From: an uncultured delta proteobacterium
GTDB lineage: Bacteria; Desulfobacterota; WTBG01; CAIYCZ01; CAIRTM01
NCBI GenBank assembly: GCA_963804955.1
Contig: CAWDSQ010000026.1
Coordinates: forward strand, 1 to 64,000
Direction: 5' to 3'
DNA length: 64,000 bases
Position 1 is the stretch's first letter; each line of letters starts with the position of its first letter. The notes under the pieces are model-generated. The model searched no databases and was not told the DNA's origin. It saw only the letters and a list, made by a program, of their open reading frames with translations. Both the position numbers and the translations under genes were made by a program. Positions 33,040 to 43,150 of this stretch are shown here, in pieces.

Positions 33040-34315
33040 CTACCCCTGCCAGTGCGGCCGCGAGGAAGTCCACCGGGCAATCTCATCCTGCAAGCCAGCC
33101 CTCAAGTCCCTGCGCAAGATAGAAGCGCGGCAGCAGCAGATCATCATCAACAGCAATAACTCCGTCAGAAACCGCGCTGCGGGCAAGCCCGGTATCGGGA
33201 TATATGCGTATGCCTGCGGTAAGCTTTAAAAAATCAAGAGGCAGGGAATCGGCAAAAGCAAGGCTCTCAAGCACGGTCTCGCGCGTCTCGCCCGGCCCGC
33301 CCAGCAGCAGATAGCCATTGAGTTTAATGCCGTGGTTCTTAAAAAGCTGTGCCGCCTGCCGAACATCATCAGGAGAAAATCGCTTGCGCATGTTTTTAAG
33401 TATGGCCGGGCTGCCGCTTTCAAAACCCAGGGCCACTTCGATGCACCCGGCACGGGCCATGTCGGCAACCAGAGCTTCATCAATTTTATACGGATAGACA
33501 ATGCATGTCCACTGACGTCAAGCGCTGCATCGATAAAAGCCCGGCACAGGCCGCGGGCATAATCCGCAGGGAGGTTGAATGTATTGTCTGTGCAGTAGAA
33601 ACGCTTAAATCCTGCTTCCACCTGGCGGCGGATATGGGCTGCCACAGCCTGCGGGTCGCGCTTGCGGAGGGCCGTGCCTTCGATACTGGCTGTTGAGCAG
33701 TAGGTGCACGCAAGGGGGCAGCCGCGCCGTGTCTGAAACGGCAGCCAGAGATCCTGCCGCCCCTCCATGGGGCATGGCCAGAGCGCCGGATCGGGCTGCG
33801 GCAGCTTGTTCAGGTCAAGGATGGAGCAGATTTTTTTAAACGGGGAGCGGCCCTTGACATACACGCCCTTGATCATGGCAACATCGACACCCATGCGCAG
33901 ATGGTCGAGCACAGCGGGCAGCGCTGCCTCGCCATCGCCCTTAATGCCGATATCGCCGTCAAGCCATTCAAGCAGCAGCTCCGGATACATGCTGTAGCCA
34001 GCACCTCCCAGAATTATGGGGGCTTTTGAAAGCCTGCGGCAACTCGCAACTATCGACCTGAAGCGGCTCAAGAAGAAACCGGGTTTCGCGCATGCTCTGA
34101 TCATCGATATTGCGCACCGATATTCCGATGGCATCAGGGGCAAAGGCCGCAATCGCCTCTGCCGCCTGCTGTGCGGCATCGCTGCCGGCGGTACTATCCA
34201 GAATCCGCACCTCATGCCCATCCCGCTGCGCAGCCGTTGCAACGCTGACAAGGCCGAGGGGCAATGTGGGCATAATCAGATCGGGCATGGAAAGGGAAAT
34301 AAACAGAACTTTCAT
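33040..34315 (-). CDS. B12-binding radical SAM protein (frameshifted)
   Basis: PLGL, GISVRNID, ILGGAG, QTRRGCPLACTYC, GFESGS and LLGGPGET motifs. Confidence 0.88.
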
Positions 34316-34559
34316 AAGTTTTTTCTATACCATGAAGTCATGATGCTTTACATTGTTTTTACCGGCAGACAATATTTGACATCCCCTGCCGCCTGGGTTA
34401 ATACATTATTACTGATTCGTTCCCGAACGAAAAGCCGTTTTTTAGAAATTGAATGTAATCCGCCGCGGCGGAGATAGCTAAAAAATACTTGGCTTAGTAC
34501 AGCGCCCCATAAACAAGGCGACCCTATTAATTTGACACAAAAAAATACGACCGTGATTC

Positions 34560-34786
34560 AATCCCCCTTTGGAAAAGGGGGATACAGGGGGATTTTTAGC
34601 ATCCTGACAAATCCCCCTAACCCCCTTTGCTAAGAGGCTGTGTCACAATTGATTTATTAATGTCATTTCGAATCCGCCGCAGGCGGTGAGAAATCTTAAG
34701 CCCTTGATTTTACTTACTACAAAGATCTCTCCCTTCGGTCGAGATGACAGCAAAGTTAATTGCGACACAGTCTCTAAAGGGGGAAT
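34560..34786. repeat. CCCCCTTT/AAAGGGGG palindromic element interrupted by a MITE
   Basis: ATCCCCCTTTGGAAAAGGGGGAT...AATCCCCCTAACCCCCTTTGC[insert]TAAAGGGGGAA. Confidence 0.7.
34634..34774. mobile_element. MITE (141 bp) with TAA target duplication
   Basis: TIRs GAGGCTGTGTCACAATT / AATTGCGACACAGTCTC, with TAA on both sides. Confidence 0.8.
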
Positions 34787-34821
34787 TTTTTCGCCCCCTC
34801 TTGTGTGGAGTTTTGTACTTA

Positions 34822-34966
34822 GAGCATTTAACAAAATACTGTACCCTTTTGTCATTTCGAGCGCAGCGAGAAATCTTAGACTTTTATGCTGCTGCATGCC
34901 TAAGATCTCTCCCTTCGGTCGAGATGACAGACAACTAAAAACGGCTACATGTTTTAGATAAATGCT
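34822..34966. mobile_element. MITE (145 bp) flanked by TA
   Basis: TIRs GAGCATTTA / TAAATGCTC. Its internal AGATCTCTCCCTTCGGTCGAGATGACAG is identical to that of the neighbouring MITE. Confidence 0.7.
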
Positions 34967-35014
34967 CTAGGTTTTCGTTCAGCCACTAATTGCGCTTTCA
35001 GAGATATAGTACTT

Positions 35015-35422
35015 ATGAAAGAAATTCTTTTTCTGCACCCGGTCGGCCAGTCATTTGCTTTTGCCTGCGGACTGTTCAACCTGATTACCGGCCTGACGCG
35101 CAAAATGTTCAATATCTCCATCCATATCAATTGCGGGGCAATATATTATTTCACCACGCTGCTGGGCGCAGGGCTGGGTATTGTCGCAGCAAAATGGGGG
35201 GACAAAAACGGCATCCCCATCGATATGGAGGTGCATGAAATGTCAGCCATGGTCATGGCGCTGCTGCTTGCCATGGGCGCGACAACCGGCCTTGTCATGC
35301 TGGCAAAACGCGAAAAGCGGGCCGTGCTGCTGAAATATCACCGCTGGATAAATATCCTGAGCATTGCCCTTTTCTGCGCGCAGGGAGTAACCGGCATGGC
35401 CCAGCTTATAAAGCTCATGTGA
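35015..35422 (+). CDS. Four-TM membrane protein with several His residues (DUF4079-like)
   Basis: Hydrophobic helices with HP, HINCG, HEM and HRW. Confidence 0.6.
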   Translation: MKEILFLHPVGQSFAFACGLFNLITGLTRKMFNISIHINCGAIYYFTTLLGAGLGIVAAKWGDKNGIPIDMEVHEMSAMVMALLLAMGATTGLVMLAKREKRAVLLKYHRWINILSIALFCAQGVTGMAQLIKLM

Positions 35423-35471
35423 TACCGCAGGCCCTGTTTCACAAAACCCCATTATTCCATACACATCACCT

Positions 35472-36408
35472 ATGCAGTTTGCAATTGAAGCTCAATCACT
35501 TGTCAAAAAATATGGCGGCTTTGCTGCGCTGGACGATATAAACCTTGTGGTGAACCGCGGGGAAATATTCGGCTTTCTCGGGCCCAACGGCGCCGGTAAA
35601 AGCACATTCGTCAAAATCCTCCTCAATCTTGTGCATGCCACATCAGGCAGCGCGCGGATTTTCGGTGAGCAGATAACCAGGCCTCAGGCTCGAAAAACTG
35701 TTGGTTTTCTGCCGGAAAATATTCGCGCCTATCCCTATTTGAGCATTGAGGAATTTCTTCGCTTCCATGGAGAACTAATCGGAATATCTTCAAAAAAAAT
35801 TAATGAAGATATAAGCGCCTGCCTGCGCGATGTAGCCCTTGAATCCGTGCGCACCCAGAAAATCGGCACCCTGTCAAAAGGCATGCTGCAGAGAACAGGC
35901 ATAGCCCAGGCAATACTTGGTAATCCCGAGCTGCTGATTCTCGATGAACCCACCTCCGGCCTTGACCCCATCGGCTTTACCGAACTGCGCCGCCTGCTGC
36001 TTGAAATGAAGGCCCGGGGCACAACCATATTTCTCAATTCGCATCTGCTCTCAGAAGTGGAGCGGACCTGCGATCGCGTGGCAATACTTAATAAAGGCAA
36101 AATAATCAAAATCGGCTCCAGAGACGACCTGTCAGACAGGGGTAAGCATCTTGAGGTGGTGGCTGAGGGCTTTACCGACGGCATGAGGAACGCCATCAAT
36201 GCACTTTCTCAATAAAAGTCTTGAAAGTGACGGAAAATACTTGCGAATATTTCTTTCTGATGAAAAAGATTCTGTCACTGTCCACCGCATCATTGTCGAG
36301 GCAGGCGGCTGGGTGCAGTCGCTTGCGTGGAAGTCTGAATCCCTTGAAGAACTTTTTTACAGACTGGTAAAACATGAAGATATGGGCTTTAACAAAGATC
36401 GGCCTTAA
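35472..36408 (+). CDS. ABC-2 type transporter ATP-binding protein (frameshifted)
   Basis: GPNGAGKST, LSKGMLQR, LILDEPTSGLDP and C-terminal SLEELF. Confidence 0.9.
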
Positions 36409-37167
36409 AGAATGCCTCAGGCAGCGCGTGGTCTATTTCATCTTTTTGATCTCGCTGCTGTTTGTTTTGATGGCAAAAGGCTGCGATATCGGCTCGATCA
36501 AGGGTGAAAGCCTCCTTATCGGCAAAGAGGCGCGCCAGGGCATTACCCTTGGGATATCCTTTCATGGCATTGTTTTCTGGAGCATCATGCTGTGCGGGCT
36601 GCTGGCCTCCCAGGTTCTCACGCGCGACATGGATGAAGGGTTTGCTTCCGTCACGCTTGCAAGGCCTTTAAGCAGAGACGCATTTATAGCGGGTAAACTG
36701 CTGCCAGTTCTTATTATTTCCGCTATCAACCTTACTGTTTTAGGCTGGCTTTTCTGCTGGTTTTTCTACAGGGCCGCCGGCACTGTTACCATGCAGATTC
36801 CGCTCAGTTTTTTATTTATGACAGTGAGCATTGCACTGTACGGGCTTATGATCTGCTGCCTGTCGCTGTTCATTCCGAGGCTGCTGGCGCCGCTTGCCGG
36901 CATTGTGCTGTATTTGCTGAGCTGCTGGTCGTCGCTGCCCTATTTTTTTGAAAACCTGAAAATACTCTGGACCCCCTCCGCAACAGTGCAGCGGCTGCAT
37001 ATGCTGCTGCCGAAATTCGGGGATCTGCAGTTTATCGGCGCTTCCATTTTAAGCGGGGAGAAACCCTTCGAAGCCGTGAACCCCATGATTATACTCTGCA
37101 ATACGCAATCTATGCCTGCGTGTTCTGGTATGTCACGGCCTGGGCCTTCAAGCGGCGGGAACTGTAA
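36374..37167 (+). CDS. ABC-2 type permease
   Basis: Multiple TM helices and LARPLSR.AFIAGK. The shifted frame ends AFKRREL. Confidence 0.82.
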
Positions 37168-37255
37168 GAAGTATTGATACTACAGCCCGATTCTGCTATA
37201 GTCTGCTCATTCACAGACATGCTGTTTAAACCTCAACCATTAAGGAGAAACACCC

Positions 37256-37820
37256 ATGATAGATACGACCGCTATCAGGAAAAACCTGAAGCTGCTTATT
37301 GACAACGATCCCTGGATCGTTGTGGATTTCCAGTTCGTCAAGCCCGGCAAAGGTCAGGCCATTCACCCGCACAAAGCTGAAAAACCTGATTTCCGGCAAT
37401 ACCATGGAGCGCACCTATAAATCGGGCGAAAAGCTCGAAGAGGCCCGCATAGATGAAAACGAAATGGTCTTCCTCTATCAGCAGGGCAAAAACTACACCT
37501 TCATGGACAATACCACCTATGAGCAGGTCGAGCTTACGGAAGATCATGTGGGTGATGCAAAGAATTTTCTTGTCGAGAATATGAATGTCGAAGTGCTGTT
37601 CTTTGACGGTCGCCCGATCAGCGTCGAGGTGCAGAACTTCGTAAATCTGCAGATCGTTGAAACCGAGCCCGCCACCAAGGGCGACACGGTCAGCGGCGCC
37701 ACCAAGCCTGCCACTCTTTCAACCGGACATACGGTCAATGTGCCGCTTTTTGTCAATAATGAAGAGTGGATCGTCATCGACACGCGCAACGGATCATATG
37801 TGGAGCGGGTAAAAAAATGA
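37256..37820 (+). CDS. efp: Elongation factor P (frameshifted)
   Basis: FVKPGKGQAFTRTKLKNL, KGDTVSG..KPATL and VPLFV motifs. Confidence 0.95.
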
Positions 37821-38737
37821 GCGGGCAGCCCTCCGCGCGCACCATGTTCCCCGGCGATTTCGCCGCAACGCTCCGTCTCAGACACAGCATCATACAGCAC
37901 ATTCGCCGGTTTTTCGACACCAGCGGCTATACCGAGGTCGAAACACCGATCAGAGTACCATGCCCCTGCATAGACATCTACATAGATGCCTTCCCTGCAG
38001 GGGCATCTCTTTTTCTGTCGACATCTCCGGAATTTCACATGAAAAGGCTGCTGCGCTTAAACCTTGAGCGCATCTACCAGATAGGGCGCGCTTTTCGCGC
38101 TGAAGAGGCGGGAAGGCATCACAGCTCTGAGTTCACCATGCTTGAATGGTACCGCACCGGTACGGATTATCTTGGCATTATGGAGGAAACCGAGCAGCTT
38201 GTGCGCCGCCTTGTCGAAGCGCTCGGGCCGCGGTGCGCCCCCCTCAGCTTTCCGTTTGGCCGCATGACCGTTGCCGAGCTGTACGGAAAGCATGCCGGCT
38301 GGGATCCCGTCACGGGGTGGGATGAAGACCGCTATTTCCGCGACTGGGCTGACAAAATCGAGCCTGCCCTTGCCGGGCTTGGCGCATTCTTCCTGATGGA
38401 TTTCCCTGCCCCCCTTGCCGCGCTGAGCCGCATCAAACAGGACGAACCTCTGGCCTGCGAGCGGTTCGAGCTCTTTATCCGCGGCCTTGAAATCGGCAAT
38501 GCCTACAGCGAGCTTCTGGACTATGATGAGCATGTCCGAAGGTTTGAGCATGCTGCTGCAGCCCGCAGGGCAATGGGCAGGCAGCCCTACCCCGCTGATG
38601 AAGGATTTCTGGAAACGCTCAGGCTGGGCCTCCCGCCATGCGGCGGCATGGCTGTGGGTGTCGACCGCCTCATCATGGCCCTTCTGGGGCTTGACCACAT
38701 AAACCTTGTGCAGGCATTCCCGGCGGAAAGGCTCTGA
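37817..38737 (+). CDS. epmA: EF-P lysine aminoacylase
   Basis: LSTSPEFHMKRLL, FRAEE.GRHH..EFTMLEWY, ERFELFI.GLEI.NAYSEL and GMAVGVDRL motifs. Overlaps the efp stop. Confidence 0.93.
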   Translation: MSGQPSARTMFPGDFAATLRLRHSIIQHIRRFFDTSGYTEVETPIRVPCPCIDIYIDAFPAGASLFLSTSPEFHMKRLLRLNLERIYQIGRAFRAEEAGRHHSSEFTMLEWYRTGTDYLGIMEETEQLVRRLVEALGPRCAPLSFPFGRMTVAELYGKHAGWDPVTGWDEDRYFRDWADKIEPALAGLGAFFLMDFPAPLAALSRIKQDEPLACERFELFIRGLEIGNAYSELLDYDEHVRRFEHAAAARRAMGRQPYPADEGFLETLRLGLPPCGGMAVGVDRLIMALLGLDHINLVQAFPAERL

Positions 38738-38738
38738 T

Positions 38739-39552
38739 ATGCTGCGCAAAAAGCCGTACCTGAAAATATTTGCCCATAAGCCGGACATCTTCGCCGCGTT
38801 TCCGGCAGAGGTTCTGAACGAGCAGGCCGCAGACCGGTTGCGGCAGATACCCCGGCTTGCCGTTGCCGAAATCGCAGGCCCGGCAGACCTGCCTGCTCTG
38901 CGCGAGCTGCTGAAACACCACAGGCCTGATGGCCTGCTGCCCACGTTGTCCTATACCGGCACTGAATACGGCGACTGGGCGCAGCTCGGCACTATGGCGG
39001 CAGCGCTAAAAAAACCTTCGAGAAAGAACTGAACATTTATGTCGCCGAGCCCGTGGTGCTGGGCTCTCCCGGGCTCTGGAAAGCGCTGCGGGAGGCGCAT
39101 GGCGGGGAGCTGAAGCAGCGCTTCGGCGTTGCCTGCCCCTGCCTTGGGTGCAGGCTGTACAGCTACGTGCTTCGCGTTCCCCTGTGCAAAAAAGTCGATG
39201 CCCGGTTTTTCATTCCGTCGGTGCACGGTCTGGTTCAGCGCGGCTGCCCGGCCCATACGGCGCCGATTGAGAGAAAATACTTGACCTTTCTCATGTCCGG
39301 CTACGGCATTGATGTCTGGCATCAGGGACTGCATCATGAGCAGGCCGGCGATGAGGCGCCTGCCTGTCCTGCGTTCTCACCCCTGACGACGGCAACGGAA
39401 TGCCGCATGAAAAACTAACCCGGTACTTCGAGCTCTTCGCCCTTCCCGCAGCAGGCGGCATACTGAGCCTTGCGGTCTTCGGCGCAACGGTTGACTATGC
39501 CCGGATTATTTCCCAGACAGCGCAGCAAAAAAAACCAACGGGTAAATTATAG
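38739..39552 (+). CDS. Hypothetical Cys-containing protein (frameshifted)
   Basis: ORFs 38706..39032 and 39053..39418 plus a third frame to 39552. Motifs LLPTLSYTGTEYG and CPCLGCRLY. Confidence 0.55.
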
Positions 39553-39566
39553 CAGCAGGGGGTTGC

Positions 39567-40472
39567 ATGGATTTCAATCAGGATACCTTTGAACGGATTG
39601 TCAACAGCCTTCATGACGGCCTTTATTTTGTCGATCCGAACAGATGCATCACCTACTGGAACAAGGCGGCAGAAAGGATAACCGGCTACACGGCCGCAGA
39701 GGTGCTCGGCCGGTCCTGCTCGGACAATATCCTGACGCATGTTGACGCCGACGGAAACCATCTCTGCACGGCTGTATGCCCGCTGGCCGCCACCATTGCC
39801 GATGGCGCAGCTCGCAGCTCGGAAATTTATCTGCACCATAAAGACGGCCACAGGATTCCCATATCCGTGCGCACCAGCACACTGACCGATACCGCAGGAA
39901 GCGTCATCGGAGGCATTGAACTGTTCACCGACATCAGCCACCAGGCAGTCAGCCAGCTGCGGATACGGGAACTGGAAAAAATGGCCCTGATCGACAAACT
40001 GACTGAGCTGCCCAACAGGCGCTATCTTGAAAAAGAGCTGCACAATAAGTTTGAAGAAAAAAAACGCCTCAACTTCCCGTTTGGCATCCTTTTTATCGAT
40101 ATTGATCATTTTAAAAAGTTCAATGATACCTACGGGCATGATGTCGGCGACAAGGTTCTTGCCTGCGTCGCCAGAACCTTCACCGCCAACTCCAGGCCTT
40201 TTGACATCTATGGCCGCTGGGGAGGGGAGGAATTTATCGGCATCTTACATATTTCCACGGGCGATGACATGGAGCATCTTGCAGACAGGCTGCGCATGCT
40301 GGTTGAAAACTCCTATATCATGCATGAGGGGGAAAGGCTGATCGTCACCGTGTCTCTCGGGGCCACCATCCTGCGGGATGACGATACGATTGAAAGCCTG
40401 ATAAAAAGGGCGGACGGACTTCTGTACACAAGCAAGCAGGCCGGGCGGAATCGGTTTTCTTTCAGCCCCTGA
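39567..40472 (+). CDS. PAS-GGDEF diguanylate cyclase
   Basis: PAS (YWNKAAERITGY), DKLTELPNRRY, DIDHFKKFNDTYGHDVGD and GRWGGEEF. Confidence 0.95.
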   Translation: MDFNQDTFERIVNSLHDGLYFVDPNRCITYWNKAAERITGYTAAEVLGRSCSDNILTHVDADGNHLCTAVCPLAATIADGAARSSEIYLHHKDGHRIPISVRTSTLTDTAGSVIGGIELFTDISHQAVSQLRIRELEKMALIDKLTELPNRRYLEKELHNKFEEKKRLNFPFGILFIDIDHFKKFNDTYGHDVGDKVLACVARTFTANSRPFDIYGRWGGEEFIGILHISTGDDMEHLADRLRMLVENSYIMHEGERLIVTVSLGATILRDDDTIESLIKRADGLLYTSKQAGRNRFSFSP

Positions 40473-40485
40473 GTGATGTCCCAAA

Positions 40486-40520
40486 AAGCAGGGGCGGCCG
40501 TCAGCCGGTCGCCCCTGCTT
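40486..40520. terminator. Terminator between convergent genes
   Basis: AAGCAGGGGCGGCCG...CGGTCGCCCCTGCTT. Confidence 0.7.
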
Positions 40521-40548
40521 AAACACTATACCATCCTGGGAAAATGCC

Positions 40549-42409
40549 TTAATCAAGCTGGAATTCTTCCCGCCAGTTTTTCTCTTCATTCCAGGCGGGC
40601 TGCTCGTCTTTTTTGAACAGATAATCCCCCAGCACCAGATAGTCCATCTCTGTTCGCATAAAACAGCGGTAGGCGTCATCAGGGGTGCACACAATCGGCT
40701 CTCCGCGAACATTGAAGCTCGTGTTCACCAGCACGCCGTAGCCCGTCTTTTTCTTGAAAGCTTCAAGCAGCCTCCAGAAGCGCTCATTGGTCGATTTGTT
40801 GATGCTCTGAATGCGGGCTGAATAATCAATATGGGTTATGGCGGGCACATCAGACCGCACCTGATACAGGCGGTCATACATTTTGAGCTCGTCGTAATTT
40901 GCAGGAAGCGGGTTCCTGCGGTCCTCCCGAACCGGCGCGACAAGCAGCATATACGGAGAAGGCCTGTCCAGATCAAAATAGGTGGAAATCTCTTCTTCCA
41001 TGACTGCCGGGGCAAAAGGGCGGAACCCTTCGCGATACTTGATTTTCAGGTTCAGTTTTTTCTGCATGTCAGGCAGGCAGGGGCTTCCGAGTATGCTCCT
41101 GTTGCCCAGTGCCCGGGGCCCGTATTCCATGCGGCCCTGCAGCCATCCGACAACATTCCCCTTTGCGATGAGATCTGCCACCTGCTCGCACAGCTGGGTA
41201 TAGTCGGTGAAAATAATGATGCTGCGCTTTATGCCCCTTTGCCATATGCTCGATTTCTTTGGCGCCATATTCCGGGCCAAGATAGGAGCCGTGCATTGAA
41301 TCCTGTCCCGGGGTGACATGGCGCGGTATGCCCGTTCCAATATAGGCTGCGGCATAGGCAGCCCCCACTGCGCCGCCGGCATCGCCGGCTGCAGGCTGAA
41401 TCCAGATATCCCGGAATGTGCCTCTGCGCAGCAGCTTGCCGTTTGCCACGCAGTTCAGGGCAACGCCGCCTGCCATGACAAGATAGTCGCTGCCGGTCAG
41501 CTTCTTTGCCGTTTCTGCAAGCAGAAAAATAACCTCCTCGGTTATCTGCTGGGCGGCAAGGGCAAAGTTCATATAGTGCTGGTCCAGCTCGGTCTCGGGC
41601 TTGCGCAGAGGGATGCCGAAAAGCTGCTCCCATTTGTCTTCATGACACATGGTGAGGCCTGCGGCATAATTAAAAAAATCCATGTTTAAAAGCAGTGATC
41701 CGTCTTCGCGTATATCTATGAGCGTATCAAGCATTTTCTGCTTGAAAGCGGCTGTCTCACGGCTGTCGGGCAAACCGTAGGGCGCAAGCCCCATGAGCTT
41801 ATACTCTCCGCTGTTTACTTTAAATCCGCAGTAATACGTCACAGCGGAATAAAAAAGTCCCAGCGAATGCGGAAAGTCAAGCTCTCGGCACACCTCTATT
41901 GTCCCGCCCCTGCCATGGCCGATGGTAGTGGTGGCCCATTCCCCCACGCCGTCAATGGTCAAAATGGCTGCCTCTTCAAACGGAGAAGGAAAAAAGGCAC
42001 TGGCGGCATGGGAAAGATGGTGCTCAGGGAAAAGAAGACGGGGCTTGCCCGAACCGATTTTCGCAAGCTCATCGGACAGCATTTTACGCATAAAAAGCTT
42101 TTCCTTGATCCAGACGGGCATTGCCGAAAGGAAGCTCCGCAGCCCCTGCGGCGCGAGCTCATGATAGGTTTCAAGCAGCCGCTCAAACTTCACATAGGGT
42201 TTGTCATAAAAGGCGACAGCAGAAATATCCTGCAGGCTCAGGCCGGCCTCATGCAGAACATAGCGTGCTGCATGCTCGGGGAAACCGCTGTCGTGCTTTT
42301 TGCGGGTAAACCGCTCTTCATGGGCAGCAGCTATAATAGCGCCGTCAACCAGCAGGGCAGCCGCGCTGTCATGATAATAGGCCGACAAGCCCAGTATTGC
42401 CTCAGACAT
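40549..42409 (-). CDS. Carbamoyltransferase (NodU/CmcH/SxtI family), frameshifted
   Basis: HDSAAA, EERFTR.KH, HHLSHAASAF, GEYKLMGLAPYG, GGVALNC, EYGPRALGNRS and NTSFN motifs. Confidence 0.93.
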
Positions 42410-42422
42410 ACCGCCCCCTCTG

Positions 42423-42572
42423 TTAAAAAAGTGTGTAGATAAAAGGAGCGACAGCTGAGCCGCTGGTCAAAACGATTAAAGCTCCGAAAAGAAGAAGGGT
42501 TAAAATAATAGGCAAAAGCCAGAATTTTTTTCTTGTTTTTAAAAAGCCCCAGAAGTCTTTCAGAAAATCCAT
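42423..42572 (-). CDS. DUF5989 / SxtK-like small membrane protein (not in the ORF track)
   Basis: MDFLKDFWGFLKTRKKFWLLPII...SGSAVAPFIYTLF, with RBS GGAGG. Confidence 0.88.
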   Translation of the reverse strand: MDFLKDFWGFLKTRKKFWLLPIILTLLLFGALIVLTSGSAVAPFIYTLF

Positions 42573-42582
42573 GCAGCCTCCC

Positions 42583-42999
42583 TCAATATGGGTGTTGTAT
42601 GTCTTTGGAAGTAAAGGTATGGTTCCTCACCTTGAAAACGGATGAATGATTTTTTTTCCATTTTTTCAATTGCAGTGCATCAGACCCCGCCAGCCTTCTG
42701 ACTAAGCCAATGGGTGTAACCAGAATGAAAAAAAGTATGCTGAGAACAACTTTCGACATCACCGTGCCCAGCACATGCGACAAACCGAACCAGAGCCTGC
42801 CTACAGGCTTGTAGACAGCAGGCCAGGTCATATCAACAAGCAGAAGCAGGATGGCGGCGCCGATAAAGCTCTGTTTATGGCCGAAATAGCCTATCAGCAA
42901 ACAGATAAGCACCATTGCCATGCCGGTATCTTTTGCCTGATCACGGGTTATATGTTTTGGCATAAAGCCGGCCGCATTTTTCAATGTGATATCGATCAT
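42583..42999 (-). CDS. SxtJ family membrane protein
   Basis: P..RLWFGLSHVLG.VMSKVVL.ILFFILVTPIG...D.L.L, ending ..PY. Confidence 0.85.
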   Translation of the reverse strand: MIDITLKNAAGFMPKHITRDQAKDTGMAMVLICLLIGYFGHKQSFIGAAILLLLVDMTWPAVYKPVGRLWFGLSHVLGTVMSKVVLSILFFILVTPIGLVRRLAGSDALQLKKWKKNHSSVFKVRNHTFTSKDIQHPY

Positions 43000-43150
43000 A
43001 TAGTTCTCTGTGCGTTTAATTTCTATTGCGTTGCGGAGCATTGCTGTCCGCATAACAGACTAGTCGCATTATGCATGACTAATTTGTTATAATACAACCC
43101 ATCACGTATTTTTACAAAAAGAAAATTCCGGCAGGAAACAGCCCTGGACA

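Noticed and set aside
37256..37400. Programmed frameshift in efp, trpS or fabF
   Set aside because: No slippery or stimulatory signals were seen, and indels are window-wide, so sequencing error is the simpler explanation.
39567..40472. GGDEF protein as the Hypr cGAMP synthase for the riboswitch
   Set aside because: It keeps Asp in NDTYGHDVGD (PleD D344 equivalent), so it looks like a canonical diguanylate cyclase.
40549..42999. Saxitoxin biosynthesis cluster
   Set aside because: No sxtA, sxtG or other core genes, and the triad is widespread on its own.
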